A stretch of 63,543 nucleotides of DNA, filler included, from Craspedostauros australis (lineage: Eukaryota): assembly GCA_030167865.1 (NCBI GenBank). It is 16 parts of 16 records of this genome, joined end to end, with 100 filler letters (N's around TTAATTAATTAA, not from the genome) between each part and the next. Parts side by side here need not be neighbours in the genome. Positions count along the whole stretch, not along the records: positions 18,673 to 29,383 come from JALAGF010003180.1; positions 29,484 to 33,449 come from JALAGF010003181.1; positions 33,550 to 34,645 come from JALAGF010003183.1; positions 34,746 to 37,408 come from JALAGF010003184.1; 12 more parts are not named here. The stretch is one strand, 5' to 3'. Below, piece after piece: positions 24,401 through 35,035 of the stretch. The translations under genes were made by a program, and so were the position numbers. The notes under the pieces were generated by a model that saw only the letters and a program-made list of their open reading frames with translations, searched no databases and was not told where the DNA came from. The first letter of the stretch is position 1. The number at the start of each line of letters is the position of its first letter.

Positions 24401-26247
24401 ATGCAAAAGAATCCGACCCAGTCAAGACAGCTGAATATTCAGACATCAACAACCTTGCTCATGAACCTGCTTTCCGTTGGTGGGTTCCCTATACTCTGAA
24501 ACGACGAAACAGAATCATAATGGCAAACCGGAAACGATACTTCAGACGCAACGAAAAATATGGTCTCGAATTGCCGAAGACTGTCCAACGAGCACTTGCA
24601 ATTGACGAGGAAACAGGCACCGACTTCTGGCGCAAGGCACTCGAACGGGAGATGAAGAATGTCCGACCAGCTTTCAAGATCAAGATCGAAGACACGAAGC
24701 CACCAATCGGTCACACGTACATTGAATGTCACATGATATTCGATATCAAGGTTGATCTCACATGAAAGGCATGGCTTGTTGCTGGAGGCCACATGACGGA
24801 GACGCCATCAAGCATCACATACGCGAGTGTGGTTACGCGCGAAAGCGTATGAATTGCATTTCTTCTCGCAGCACTCAACGATCTCGAAGTACAAGCTGTC
24901 GACATGATGAACGCATATCTGAATGCGCCATGTCGCAAACAGGTGTACACAACATGTGGACCTGAATTCGGTGAAGATGCTGGGAAGATTGCAATCATCT
25001 GTCGAGCATTACACGGATTAAAGTCAGGTGGTGCTGCTTGGAGGGCACATCTCGCAGAGACACTCAGAGACTCGCTCGGATTCACCTCGTGTCGCGCTGA
25101 CAGCGATGTATGGTTCAAACCTGGAGAGACGAGCGATGGGTCAAAGTATTACGAGTACATCCTCGTGTACACTGACGACATTCTTGCCGTTTCCAAGGAC
25201 CCGCGCGCCTTACTATCACAAATTGATTCTTTCTTTCTACTCAAACCCAATTCTATCGGTCCACCAACATCATACCTCGGTTCAACCATTGCTCCCTTCC
25301 ATCTGAAAGCAGAGCCTGAACGGCCAAAGTGGAGCATGGGATCACAACGCTACATTCGAGAAGTCATCAAAATGGTCAAACACTGGCTCGAAGAACGTGG
25401 TGGCAGTTTTCGCAACACTGTATCATGCGTCCTGCCGAATGGATATCGTCCTGAACTCGATGCGACATCATTGTGTGATCCTGAAGAGATGAACTACTAC
25501 CAACAGATGATCGGAATATTGAGGTGGATCGTCGAGTTGGGGCGAATCGACATATGCTGCGAAACAAGCATGATGTCAACATACTGTGCAGCGCCGCGAA
25601 CAGGTCACTTGCGTGCTCTCTTTCACATCTTCTCTTATTTGAACTCACATGACCGATCACGACTGGTCTTTAATGATGCTTACATCGAAAAGGTCAACAT
25701 CCAGACTCCGGATTGGACTTCTTTCTATCCTGATGCACACAAAATGATACCTCACGACATGCCGGAACCGAGAGGCAAGGAAGTGCAAATGACGTGCTTT
25801 GTTGACGCGGATCATGCTGGTGACCAAGTCACCCAAAGATCACGCACAGGTGTTTTGCTTTGTTTAAATTCCTCACCCATCCTATGGTACAGCAAGAAAC
25901 AGAACGGCATCGAGACTTCTATATTTGGATCAGAATTCACAGCACTCAAGACAGCCATGGAGATTGTGATTGGCATGCGATAAAAACTTCGAATGATGGG
26001 TGTTCCTTTGGACGGATCAGCCAACATCAGGGTCGACAATCAAAGCGTCGTCTACAACACAACCGCACCCGAATCACAACTCAGGAAGAAAGCCAACGCA
26101 ATTGCATACCACTTCGTTTGTGAGACTGTGGCTGCTGGAGTTGCAATCATTCAATATGGACCATCGGAAACAAATCTGGCTGACATGCTAACCAAGCCTC
26201 AGCTGGGACCATGAAGGAGAGAGCAAGCTCAACGCATCCTCTTCTAA
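21463..26247 (+). mobile_element. Diatom Ty1/copia (CoDi-I-type) LTR retrotransposon gag-pol, single frame, pseudogenised and 5'-truncated
   Basis: All in one frame: gag (DNATVWQVI...NFTFETY...KVRCLTCGIKD), protease AELDSHADTC (about 22375), integrase (IPDNATE...HNKAEATIRELR...LWDYC), RT (CHMIFDIKVDLT*KAWLVAGG, NAYLNA, ALHGLKSGGAAW, VYTDDIL) and RNase H (FVDADHAGD, GSEF, VDNQSV, NLADMLTK). The INT-before-RT order is copia-type. Stops at 21610, 22303, 24763, 24850, 25981 and 26212. Confidence 0.95.
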
Positions 26248-27967
26248 TGCATCGAAGCTGCGTGACAGTACCCGTCAGATGGTCTGCTGAGGAGTAACTC
26301 TTCAGTGGATGGGATGAGCGCCCTGTGGTGTCCTAATGTGAGGGCATGCAGCAGGTACATACCGTACAAGAAAGAGCAACAGAATGACAGCAAGAGAATG
26401 AGACAATCTGACGGCACCACAGCCACCGCATATCGAGGGGACCAAAGAGACGAGAGCGCTATTTCAGTTAATTGGGTGTTGGACAGGGCATCAGCGGCTG
26501 AATCGTATGCAGCACAGTAGAGACCATGTCAGAGGTAAATGGCTCATGCCTTGTGCTCATAATCAATCAGTTTCCCTTCAATTCCATGCCTTTCCCCGCA
26601 AGTAGAGTTTGGGACGACTTCCTTTTGTTGTTTGTTTTCTTTGCCAGTCTTTTGGATACGGTTTCCGACTCGTTCAACTGCACTGTTGCTGATAATAGCC
26701 TTGACGCCTTGTGGATTGGATTCTGTGGTTTCCAATGTCTGACCGTTTGCAAATCTCCGTCTTTTGCCACAATCATGAGATTTGCCTTGGTGACTTCGGG
26801 AATGGAGTTGTCGATGCCTCCATCACCACCAGCTTCATTCTTGCTATTCTTGTTGCAGTGACCGCTACAAACAAGGAGATGTTGAGCGTTCGGCCGTGCG
26901 AATGGCCTGCTGATGCTTCGTAAGACGGACATTCGGTTGAAAGGGGGATACGATGGACCCAGCGCGAACAAGCGGACGGAGGAAGAACATCGCTGATGTT
27001 GCTCGAACTGATTTGATGGGATGCGCTCTCTCTATTGGTAGAGTACGCTTTGTTGATGCAGGTGATGTTGGCTGCGGACTCAAGTGATCTATGTACTCTG
27101 CTAATATTCAATTATGTGAGGCGACTCCGCTGCATGATCTCTTTGCTTCCTGCGATGTAGGAGCTGATAGCACGAATCTCACACTCGTATTCGAACTTGT
27201 GTTGACGACCTTGGCTTTCATTCTGAATTGAGGGCAGCTTCTCATCCAAACGTGATGCCATGGTTGCCAACAGATCTGACTTTTCCGGATCGCCTTGGTT
27301 CATGGTCGCTCGACGAACTACCTATGTCATTCGATACTGAGAAGTCAGAGTGTGATGCGTCCTGCTGTTCTGTTGCTGTCGTTTCTTTGTTTGCTGCGTT
27401 GTTGCCGCGTCTCCGTTTGTTGCGATCTCTCCGTTTTGATCACCTCTCGGAGCTCCGATCGACCCGTTGGACTCGATCTTTGTTTGTCCAGGTTCACCAT
27501 CGTGATGTGAGATTCCGCGAAACAAGATACCAGACCGGTCATGGGAAGAAAACAAACGCACGATCTCCGATCGAGGTCGCCGACAACACCGACGACAATC
27601 CGAGTCATGCTCCCTCCACTTGCAGCTCGCACACACTATCGACATCGCCGACATGCCCGCGCACAGCGGAGATTGCACGCACACACAAGTCAGAACGGTA
27701 CTAACACGACCCACACAAGAGAGCACAGACTCGTCCATCCGACTTGGGGCTCAACCGCATGAGAACACTTGTATCCAACGCATTGGCAACGCTTCTGTTG
27801 CTCCCTCGTGGACTCGCAGATCCGATCATCTCTTCGAACATAATATCACAATCTTCGCATCGCCCAAAGACACACACTCTGCTCTTCACAATTCCAATTC
27901 TACCGTTGATCATCAACAGCGACACCCACGTATCCACCCACGCCGTATTCCCAAAAACGCCAACAGC

Positions 27968-28297
27968 ATGTCCACCAACGCAGAAAAGCTCAGCATCGCC
28001 CAATCCTACGCCGACGCCATCGCCGCAAGCAACATGTCGGGCGCAGCCGAGTTCCTTGCCGATGACGTGAACTTCGTCACTCCCAAGGTGACTCTCAAGT
28101 CGAAGCAGGAGTTTGTGGACAAGATGCCCAATTCAAGCGACAAAGCCCCATCTTTCTCCGACTTTGAGCAGGCCGATGATGGCGTTATCTCCCGAGTCGG
28201 GTCCAAGAAGATAGCAATGATGACGGTGAAGCTTCTGCAGACTATCGTTGTCAATGACGATGGCAAGATCGGATCCATCACCACCGCAAAGGCATAG
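27968..28297 (+). CDS. Small SnoaL/NTF2-like fold protein, 109 aa
   Basis: ATG at 27968. IAQSYADAIAASNMSGAAEFLADDVNFVTP...SKQEF...IVVNDDGKIGSI is the characteristic SnoaL-like pattern. Confidence 0.8.
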   Translation: MSTNAEKLSIAQSYADAIAASNMSGAAEFLADDVNFVTPKVTLKSKQEFVDKMPNSSDKAPSFSDFEQADDGVISRVGSKKIAMMTVKLLQTIVVNDDGKIGSITTAKA

Positions 28298-28699
28298 ACT
28301 GAACTGGAGTGCGGTGGACATACCCGACGCGATTATCGTCGTATGAGGAGCACTCGCTCTCTCTCTCTCTGAAGACAAAGAGAGAAGAGAGTTTGCTCCA
28401 ACGAGGTGCATTCACTTTTCATGAACGACGCAGCGTTGTGGAGTCGACGAATTCGCCGCTGCTGTGGACGAACAGGACACTTTGGTTCGTGCGCTTGCAG
28501 ATCATTACATATCACACTAATGCATGAACGAATAGATTGGAATTGCTGGTGCCGTCACTTCAGCATTGTGTGTCGTAGATTGCTTGTGGTTAAGAGATTC
28601 ACTTTATGTATGTTGTTAATGTTCAGTGTGGTAGGCTATTGTACTTCGAGTGGTATCGAACCGCTCACGCATGAGCGCTTGCGGACTGCGTTCAAGGGC

Positions 28700-29383
28700 T
28701 TACTTCTGGACACCCATCTCTTCATCGGCGTCAGCCTCGGAGCTCTCGTTCTCCTCCTCGTTGTTCAGCTTGTTCATGGCGGCAGTCTCCATGCGAAGGG
28801 CAGACTCGAAGACGGCGGCATCCTCCTCGTTGCTGCAGGCGTTGATCTCCTCACGCAGAGTCTTGATGTTGGACAGGATGCGCTCGCGACGGACGGAGAA
28901 CGACTCGTTCTGTGCGGCGAGGGCCTTCTGGAGCTCGAGGTACTCGCGTGGGACGGCAGAGGAACCGGCCTCGTGGATGAGGACGTTGGTTCCCAAATGC
29001 AGGTTGCGGTTGCTGGGGTGGTCTGGCTTCATGCCGGCTGCGCGCTCCTCTGGGGTACCGATGTACACCTCATCGAGCTGGAAGCCAGAGACGGCCTTGT
29101 GGATGGAGGCAAGGACCCAGGCTCCTGAGCAGATACCGGTGGCTTCCAACAACAGACAGAACTGGAGAAAGATGTAGACGATTGGGTTGGAGAGGAAGGC
29201 GATTGGAAAGACGGATGCGACCAGCTGCCATGTGATGGAGGCGATGATGGTGGTGATGAGGGCTCCGAGAAGTCCGGTGTTGAAGAATTCCTGGGTGCTG
29301 TCAGAGACTCCGAAGATGTTCTCGCCGGTTCCGACCTCGACATCGAGGGTGGTGACACGGGCGATGATGAAGAAGCACATGGT
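28700..29383 (-). CDS. SIT: Silicon (silicic acid) transporter, C-terminal half, 5'-truncated by the contig end
   Basis: FFIIARVTT...NIFGVSD..QEFFNTGLLGALITTIIASITWQLVAS.FPIAFLSNP..Y..L..CLLLEATGICSGAWVLA...GFQ.DEVYIGT.EER followed by a coiled-coil tail is the classic diatom SIT signature. Confidence 0.96.
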   Translation of the reverse strand, partial: TMCFFIIARVTTLDVEVGTGENIFGVSDSTQEFFNTGLLGALITTIIASITWQLVASVFPIAFLSNPIVYIFLQFCLLLEATGICSGAWVLASIHKAVSGFQLDEVYIGTPEERAAGMKPDHPSNRNLHLGTNVLIHEAGSSAVPREYLELQKALAAQNESFSVRRERILSNIKTLREEINACSNEEDAAVFESALRMETAAMNKLNNEEENESSEADADEEMGVQK

Positions 29384-30602
29384 NNNNNNNNNNNNNNNNN
29401 NNNNNNNNNNNNNNNNNNNNNNNNNNNTTAATTAATTAANNNNNNNNNNNNNNNNNNNNNNNNNNNNNNNNNNNNNNNNNNNNATATTCAATCAATCTTG
29501 ATCCATGACTTCCCTCGGGTCTGCGGTTGTGAACATCGCAACAAAACGAACGAGACAGATCGTAGCAGTATGGTGGTGCGGTGACTGAGGCTTGTTGGAA
29601 GTCGGATCAGCCTGGGGTTTGTGTTGCATCGACGTTTTGCGATGCTGTCGTGAGATTCCTCACAGCCAGCACCACAGGCAATCCTTCTGTTACAATCCAG
29701 TTGTATGGCATCNNNNNAGAAGGTCAATGGTATTGGTCAGGAACAGTAGTCACAGCTCATATTCTGGGTGATGACTTGATCTTCTCTGTGGCAGTTGATG
29801 TTGTGCTGTGATGAATTGAGACAAGCCAAAAGCGGCGCACCACCACATCAACGAAAATGCCGCTTGTGATGTTCCAGCCATCACGAGAAAATGAGATCCA
29901 CGCAGGAACAACAGAAGCGCCACCACCACAAGAACCTGCCGTTGTTGTTGGCGACACAGCAACCAGTCCCCTCGCAGGGACAGCACCCTCAATCAATCAC
30001 TTTCGTGAACCAATTCGAATCACGAATGAGTCAGCTGAGGAAAAATTCAAATGTCAGTATTGGGTCGTATTAGTCAATCGAGGATTCTGATTGGCGTGTT
30101 TGGCAATGGGCTCCGACAGAAATAACTACATTTTCACTTTTTCCGACAACTCCAAGACCTGTCACGATCCAACGCACTCGTAAGATCCGAAACAGAGCCC
30201 TTCACCCTCAAGAGAGAAGGAGTGCGTCACCACCTTCCGCGCAAGTGATGGTGGGGCTCGCACAGAACACGAGCAACCCAACATGCGGTGGATCAACACA
30301 GCATGGTCAACAACATCCAGAGAAGAAGATCATCGGAAGCAAGAGCCCCAAGTATCGGCAGTTGCGGTGGCTGAAAGTATTGTGCGTCCATGAAACAATC
30401 ACAGCATGTACTCGCAGAATGTGCATTGACCAAACACCGCACTGTTTTATGTCGAACAGTGGCACAGCAGCGAGATTGTGAGCCGCAAATCTCAATGATG
30501 CCTGTTCTCTATACCTCCATAGCTGCCGACGTTGCTGATGTCGCTGACGGCCTTCCGCACCGTCGAACGAAAACAATCGACCATTGACTGCGCACGACCA
30601 CG

Positions 30603-32462
30603 CTAGCACTGCTCTCCCCGCATCGTTTGCCGCGAACGGATCTGCTGCCCGACCCATCGTGCCAAAAAGTCCATCCCCTTCCAATGCAAGGCCTCGAGCT
30701 CCACCTTGGTCGTCATGGCGTCCAATTCTGCCTCGAAGGAGACGGGTCCACATCTCAATACTTCGCTGTTGCCGCGTCGTTGCTGCCGGATGGTTTGCAG
30801 CCGCCGCTGATCCAGCTTCGTCATGGGCTGGTGCACATGGCGCGGCAGTTCCAACTGCGGTATGGACGAGGGCAGCAGCCCGATCCATTCCATCCGGAGA
30901 TTGGCCGTCACAGCCGCGTGGTGCTTGGAATTGCGCGAGCCTTGACGCGCCGTCATGGACGACGACATGCCGGATGAGTACTGGTACGACTGCAACAACG
31001 ACACGCCGAAGGGATTGCAATCACAGAGCCCGTAGACGGGCAGCTTGAGCTTGCAATGCAGGATCTGCACGAGTTGACGCGTCGCCAAATCCGGAAATCC
31101 TTTGCCCGTGATCAAGATGCAGGGCATGTCGCGGAAGAAACCGTCCTGGCACAACCTCGTGTAGATGCCCTCCTTTTCCACCACCAAAAGGAATTGGGCG
31201 TCGCGCGACGTGAGGATCGACCGCGCGCTTGCATCGATGATGTCCGTCGTGATGGGCACGCCGTGCGCCGTGTGGAAGGAGCGTCCGTCAATGACGAGGC
31301 GGTGCGTCTCGGCGTCGTAGAGATCGAAGCAACCGCACATCCAGCCTTTGGGCGACGCGTGCAAACCCAGCGCGTATCGGGGGACCTGCAGGTGCGATGC
31401 CAATTCCCAAATGGCGGTGTCGCACTCCTGCTGATTGCGGAAGTGCGTGATGTAGTGATAGTACAGTTCTCGTGTGGTGGTCGTCTTAGATCGTGCAGTT
31501 GGTTGTGACGTCAATGTTGTTGTTGTTGTTGCTGCTGTTGCTGCTGCTGTTGCCTGTGCATTGAGCGTGGTTGGACGATGAGAGTCGGCAATATCACGAT
31601 TCTGTTGCAATAGCTCATGACAGTAGGTCGCCACGAGAAGAATGGAAGTGAGACTGCGGCATTGCGTGACATGCGCAAAGTGCCTGTTGGCGACGACGGG
31701 ACAGCGGTCATGATCCAACCAATCCTGTAACACTGGCTGCAAGATCTGCTGCTCAATGCGACGGATCACTTCCTGCGGCGAAACTCGGAGAATGAGGTCG
31801 TCATGGTTGCAGTGCGTTGTAGAGCTTGCGCAGCATGAAGCCACCTGCGACCGCGTCAACAATCCCGGCGTCGATGCATGATGGCTTCCATGCGGCATCG
31901 CGGAACTGCACTCGAAATCATCATCTTCGCGGTCTCCATGGTGCTGGCTGCGGTCTTGCGGCTGCTCAGGATGCCAGGTTTCGAAGCCAGCTGCCGTCGC
32001 CGACCGCTGTGGAACGACGAAGGAGGAGAAGCCTCGCGACTGCGGATGCAACGCAGAGACTTGGAACGAACGCAGCCGTGCACCGCCAGAGTGTGCATAC
32101 TCGTGTCCCTGGAGCCCGCCACCGTGCTCAGCCACGTCGGCAAGCGATTGCGACTGGCTGACCGCGTTGCAATGGGAGCGCACGCTCTCATCTTGCCAGG
32201 CATGCGACGCCATGGGGATGCTCGCACTTCTGCTCGTGCAATCAGGCAGTTGCTGTTTTGGCGCCAAAGATACACGCGATCGTGCGATAATGACACCATG
32301 ATCGCCATCTCTCTCGTTGTGCGTACCTTCCCACCCATCGTGAGGGTCCATGATTGTCAGATGTGCAGTGGGGTTGGATCGAAGGATGGATCGGTCAATG
32401 GAATGATAGATCGATGCACTCTTGCGATGGTGGAGTGAAGTCAGTCGGTTGTGCTGGTGCAT
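30603..32462 (-). CDS. SPO11-2: Meiotic topoisomerase VI-A-like double-strand-break protein, SPO11-2 type (start may be 32351)
   Basis: TTRELYY (catalytic Tyr), LLVVEKEGIY, ILITGKGFPDLATR, GLCDCNPFG (DxN variant of the TOPRIM DxD motif, as in SPO11-2) and KVELEAL. Long low-complexity N-terminal extension. Confidence 0.9.
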   Translation of the reverse strand: MHQHNRLTSLHHRKSASIYHSIDRSILRSNPTAHLTIMDPHDGWEGTHNERDGDHGVIIARSRVSLAPKQQLPDCTSRSASIPMASHAWQDESVRSHCNAVSQSQSLADVAEHGGGLQGHEYAHSGGARLRSFQVSALHPQSRGFSSFVVPQRSATAAGFETWHPEQPQDRSQHHGDREDDDFECSSAMPHGSHHASTPGLLTRSQVASCCASSTTHCNHDDLILRVSPQEVIRRIEQQILQPVLQDWLDHDRCPVVANRHFAHVTQCRSLTSILLVATYCHELLQQNRDIADSHRPTTLNAQATAAATAATTTTTLTSQPTARSKTTTTRELYYHYITHFRNQQECDTAIWELASHLQVPRYALGLHASPKGWMCGCFDLYDAETHRLVIDGRSFHTAHGVPITTDIIDASARSILTSRDAQFLLVVEKEGIYTRLCQDGFFRDMPCILITGKGFPDLATRQLVQILHCKLKLPVYGLCDCNPFGVSLLQSYQYSSGMSSSMTARQGSRNSKHHAAVTANLRMEWIGLLPSSIPQLELPRHVHQPMTKLDQRRLQTIRQQRRGNSEVLRCGPVSFEAELDAMTTKVELEALHWKGMDFLARWVGQQIRSRQTMRGEQC

Positions 32463-33150
32463 CTATTGTGGTCGCTGTGTGTGCAAACCACAACACATGC
32501 GTGCTTTCTTGGTTGCTCTCGTTTGTTGTGTTCGCTCTTTGTTTGGATTTGTGGATTCGTCGATTTCACGATCTTTTCGTTCTGTTTTGTTTGGCGCCAT
32601 CTTCTTCAGTCGCGGCGGAATCAGGATTTTCGCCAAAAACATCATCGCTTGTCCAACACAATACAACGGCTTCGATGTGTGATGACGGGACCACGCATGT
32701 CAGGAATCAATGATGCAGATGTGTCATTATATCAAACTTTACCACACCTTTCAATGATATCATTCAGGCTCAACAAGTCAACTTGTGTAGATCACACTTG
32801 GGCTGCCTTGTAGCATGTCCCACTTTGCAAGACAACCAGTCATGTTGAGCAATGTGGCCTGTTCCAAATAGACATGAAAACACAAGTGTGAATCAGGAAT
32901 CCCACCACTGGGGATGAACCTGAACACGATCAGGAGTATGGGTGCAACTGAACCCTCTCCAGGAGAACAGCATACACCACATTGGGCGTGCTCTGTGCGC
33001 TCTGATGGACAAGGACACTTGGGAGTCACCCAAAAGATAGAAACAATCAGAAAGAGCAACGGAATATGAATCAGAGCAACCAACCCAAGACCATCCAAGA
33101 ACAGCAATGCGGACATGACAAACATGGTTGCAATTACCAGTGATGTGATG

Positions 33151-33449
33151 TGTTGGCAAGTTCCATGATTGGAAGCCTACAATCGTGGAAGACAGTGTTG
33201 TTCATAGTCGTTCTGCTTGCTATTTCATTACGTTGAGACTCCAATCCTCTCGGTGTCCATTCTCTTGCCCGATGCTCTTGGTGCTTCAATCTGTTTTGTA
33301 GATTTGGTCTCCGACTATGAGTCCGTACGCGAGATGCTCTCTTGCCACTCTTCGTATTCTCTCTCTCTCTCAACATCGTGTGCTCGCGCTACACGATACT
33401 CCGTGTTCGATGCGTACTCCGCATTCGACACTCCGTTCATTCAGTACTG
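33151..33449 (+). repeat. LTR-like dispersed repeat, copy 1 (second copy at 58723)
   Basis: Begins TGTTGGCAAGTTC and aligns colinearly, with many transitions, with 58723-59015. Cut by the contig end. Confidence 0.7.
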
Positions 33450-33549
33450 NNNNNNNNNNNNNNNNNNNNNNNNNNNNNNNNNNNNNNNNNNNNTTAATTA
33501 ATTAANNNNNNNNNNNNNNNNNNNNNNNNNNNNNNNNNNNNNNNNNNNN

Positions 33550-34645
33550 ACAGAACGGCAGAGTGGAACGCAAGTTCGCGTACCTCTACACCAAGATCCG
33601 CTCCATGCTCAATGGAGCACAGCTCGACGAAGAGTATAGACATGGCCTGTGGGCAGCAGCTGCTAGCACTGCCACCGCCATCGCCAACATCACTGTAGCG
33701 AAGAATCAAAAGGAGTCACCACATCGACAATTCTTCGGAAGCGATCCACCATATGCGGATGCACTCCGCACGTTCGGAGAGGTGGGTGTTGTGAAGACTA
33801 CCTACGGCGGGATTACCGCCAAACTCAAGAATAGAGGAGAAGAGATGGTGTTCATCGGATATGCACACCAACATGCATCAGGGGTCTACAACATGTACAG
33901 ACCATCGACCAAGTCACTCATTTGCTCACGCGACATCAAGTGGCTCAATCAATCATACGGACAGTTCCGTGGCTGGGCACCAGCACCGAACGTATCCAAC
34001 GAAACAGAAACAACAGACGCAGACGGCTTCACAACTATCGGACGGAAGGGAGCAACGCCAAGGACGGCAACGCGTCAAGCATCGAAAGCAAAGAGCGTAT
34101 CTTTCGCTAACAGTAACATGTACCACATCCTATCGGACAGCGACGATGAGGATAATGAGGACGACGGAGCAGTAACTCAACTAGTCCATAACGACGAGGA
34201 AGATCGGAGCGAATCCAATCATGAGGATGACGATATCCTACCATCCGGCGACGAAGCCGACGATGACACAGGCGTCACTCCTCCGAACACACCAGCGAGA
34301 TCTACACATGACACACCATCCAGACCTCCACCGAGCAAGCCAAGCAAACGTGACACAACTAGAAAGGAGAGGATCCGACGTCACGAAGCACGAGGCAGGA
34401 AGGGAGAAACTAATCCCAAATCAACAACAGGGAAGAGAATTCCCAGAGCTCTACGTGAGCTCGCAGATTTCAACGAACGAGGTCGAAAGGAAGAAGGCTA
34501 TGAGAGCGATCCATCATCTGATGAGGCGAGTGACGAACTCAGCGACGAAATGATCGACGCTTCCAACAACGAAACTACAGATGACGAAGAAATCGCAGAT
34601 GAAGGAGAGATTGAGATCACTCACTATAGCACAACAGGACTGTAC
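33550..34645 (+). mobile_element. Ty1/copia integrase C-terminal fragment plus acidic spacer
   Basis: QNGRVERKFAYLYTKIRSMLN, LWAAAA, LRTFGEVG, AKLKNRG..MVFIGYA (GKGY-type SH3 region) and SRDIKWLN. Related to the element at 53179-55481. Confidence 0.88.
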
Positions 34646-34867
34646 NNNNNNNNNNNNNNNNNNNNNNNNNNNNNNNNNNNNNNNNNNNNTTAATTAATTA
34701 ANNNNNNNNNNNNNNNNNNNNNNNNNNNNNNNNNNNNNNNNNNNNCATCGAGATGAACGGAAAGCGGAGATCGTTTGCCAACAATGAAGACATCAACAGA
34801 TAGCTCTCACTCTCCTCTTTCTAATAATGCAAAGATGTCAGGAAACGGGCATCAACTCATCAAATGG

Positions 34868-35035
34868 CAGCTTGTGCCGTCGGCGATATGCCAATGGTTA
34901 CCAATAATTACCAAAAAACCGGAAATTAGCCAATAGCCACTAGTGTCTTTTGGCTTGGGTGGAGGCCAATTTTTTTGGTAACCATTGGTAACAATTGGTA
35001 ACTAGTCGTATGAGTCAATTTCGCCGTAGACGCTG
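34868..35035. repeat. MITE-like short element with inverted GTTACCAAT/ATTGGTAAC subterminal repeats; related copy at 1-165
   Basis: 34870-34932 is nearly identical to 1-73. The left side has tandem (G/A)TTACCAA units and the right side three TTGGTAAC units in inverted orientation. Confidence 0.6.

Noticed and set aside
26248..27740. 3' LTR or extra antisense ORF of the CoDi element
   Set aside because: There is a purine tract near 26435, but no second LTR copy is available to define boundaries, and the short ORFs have no recognisable motifs.
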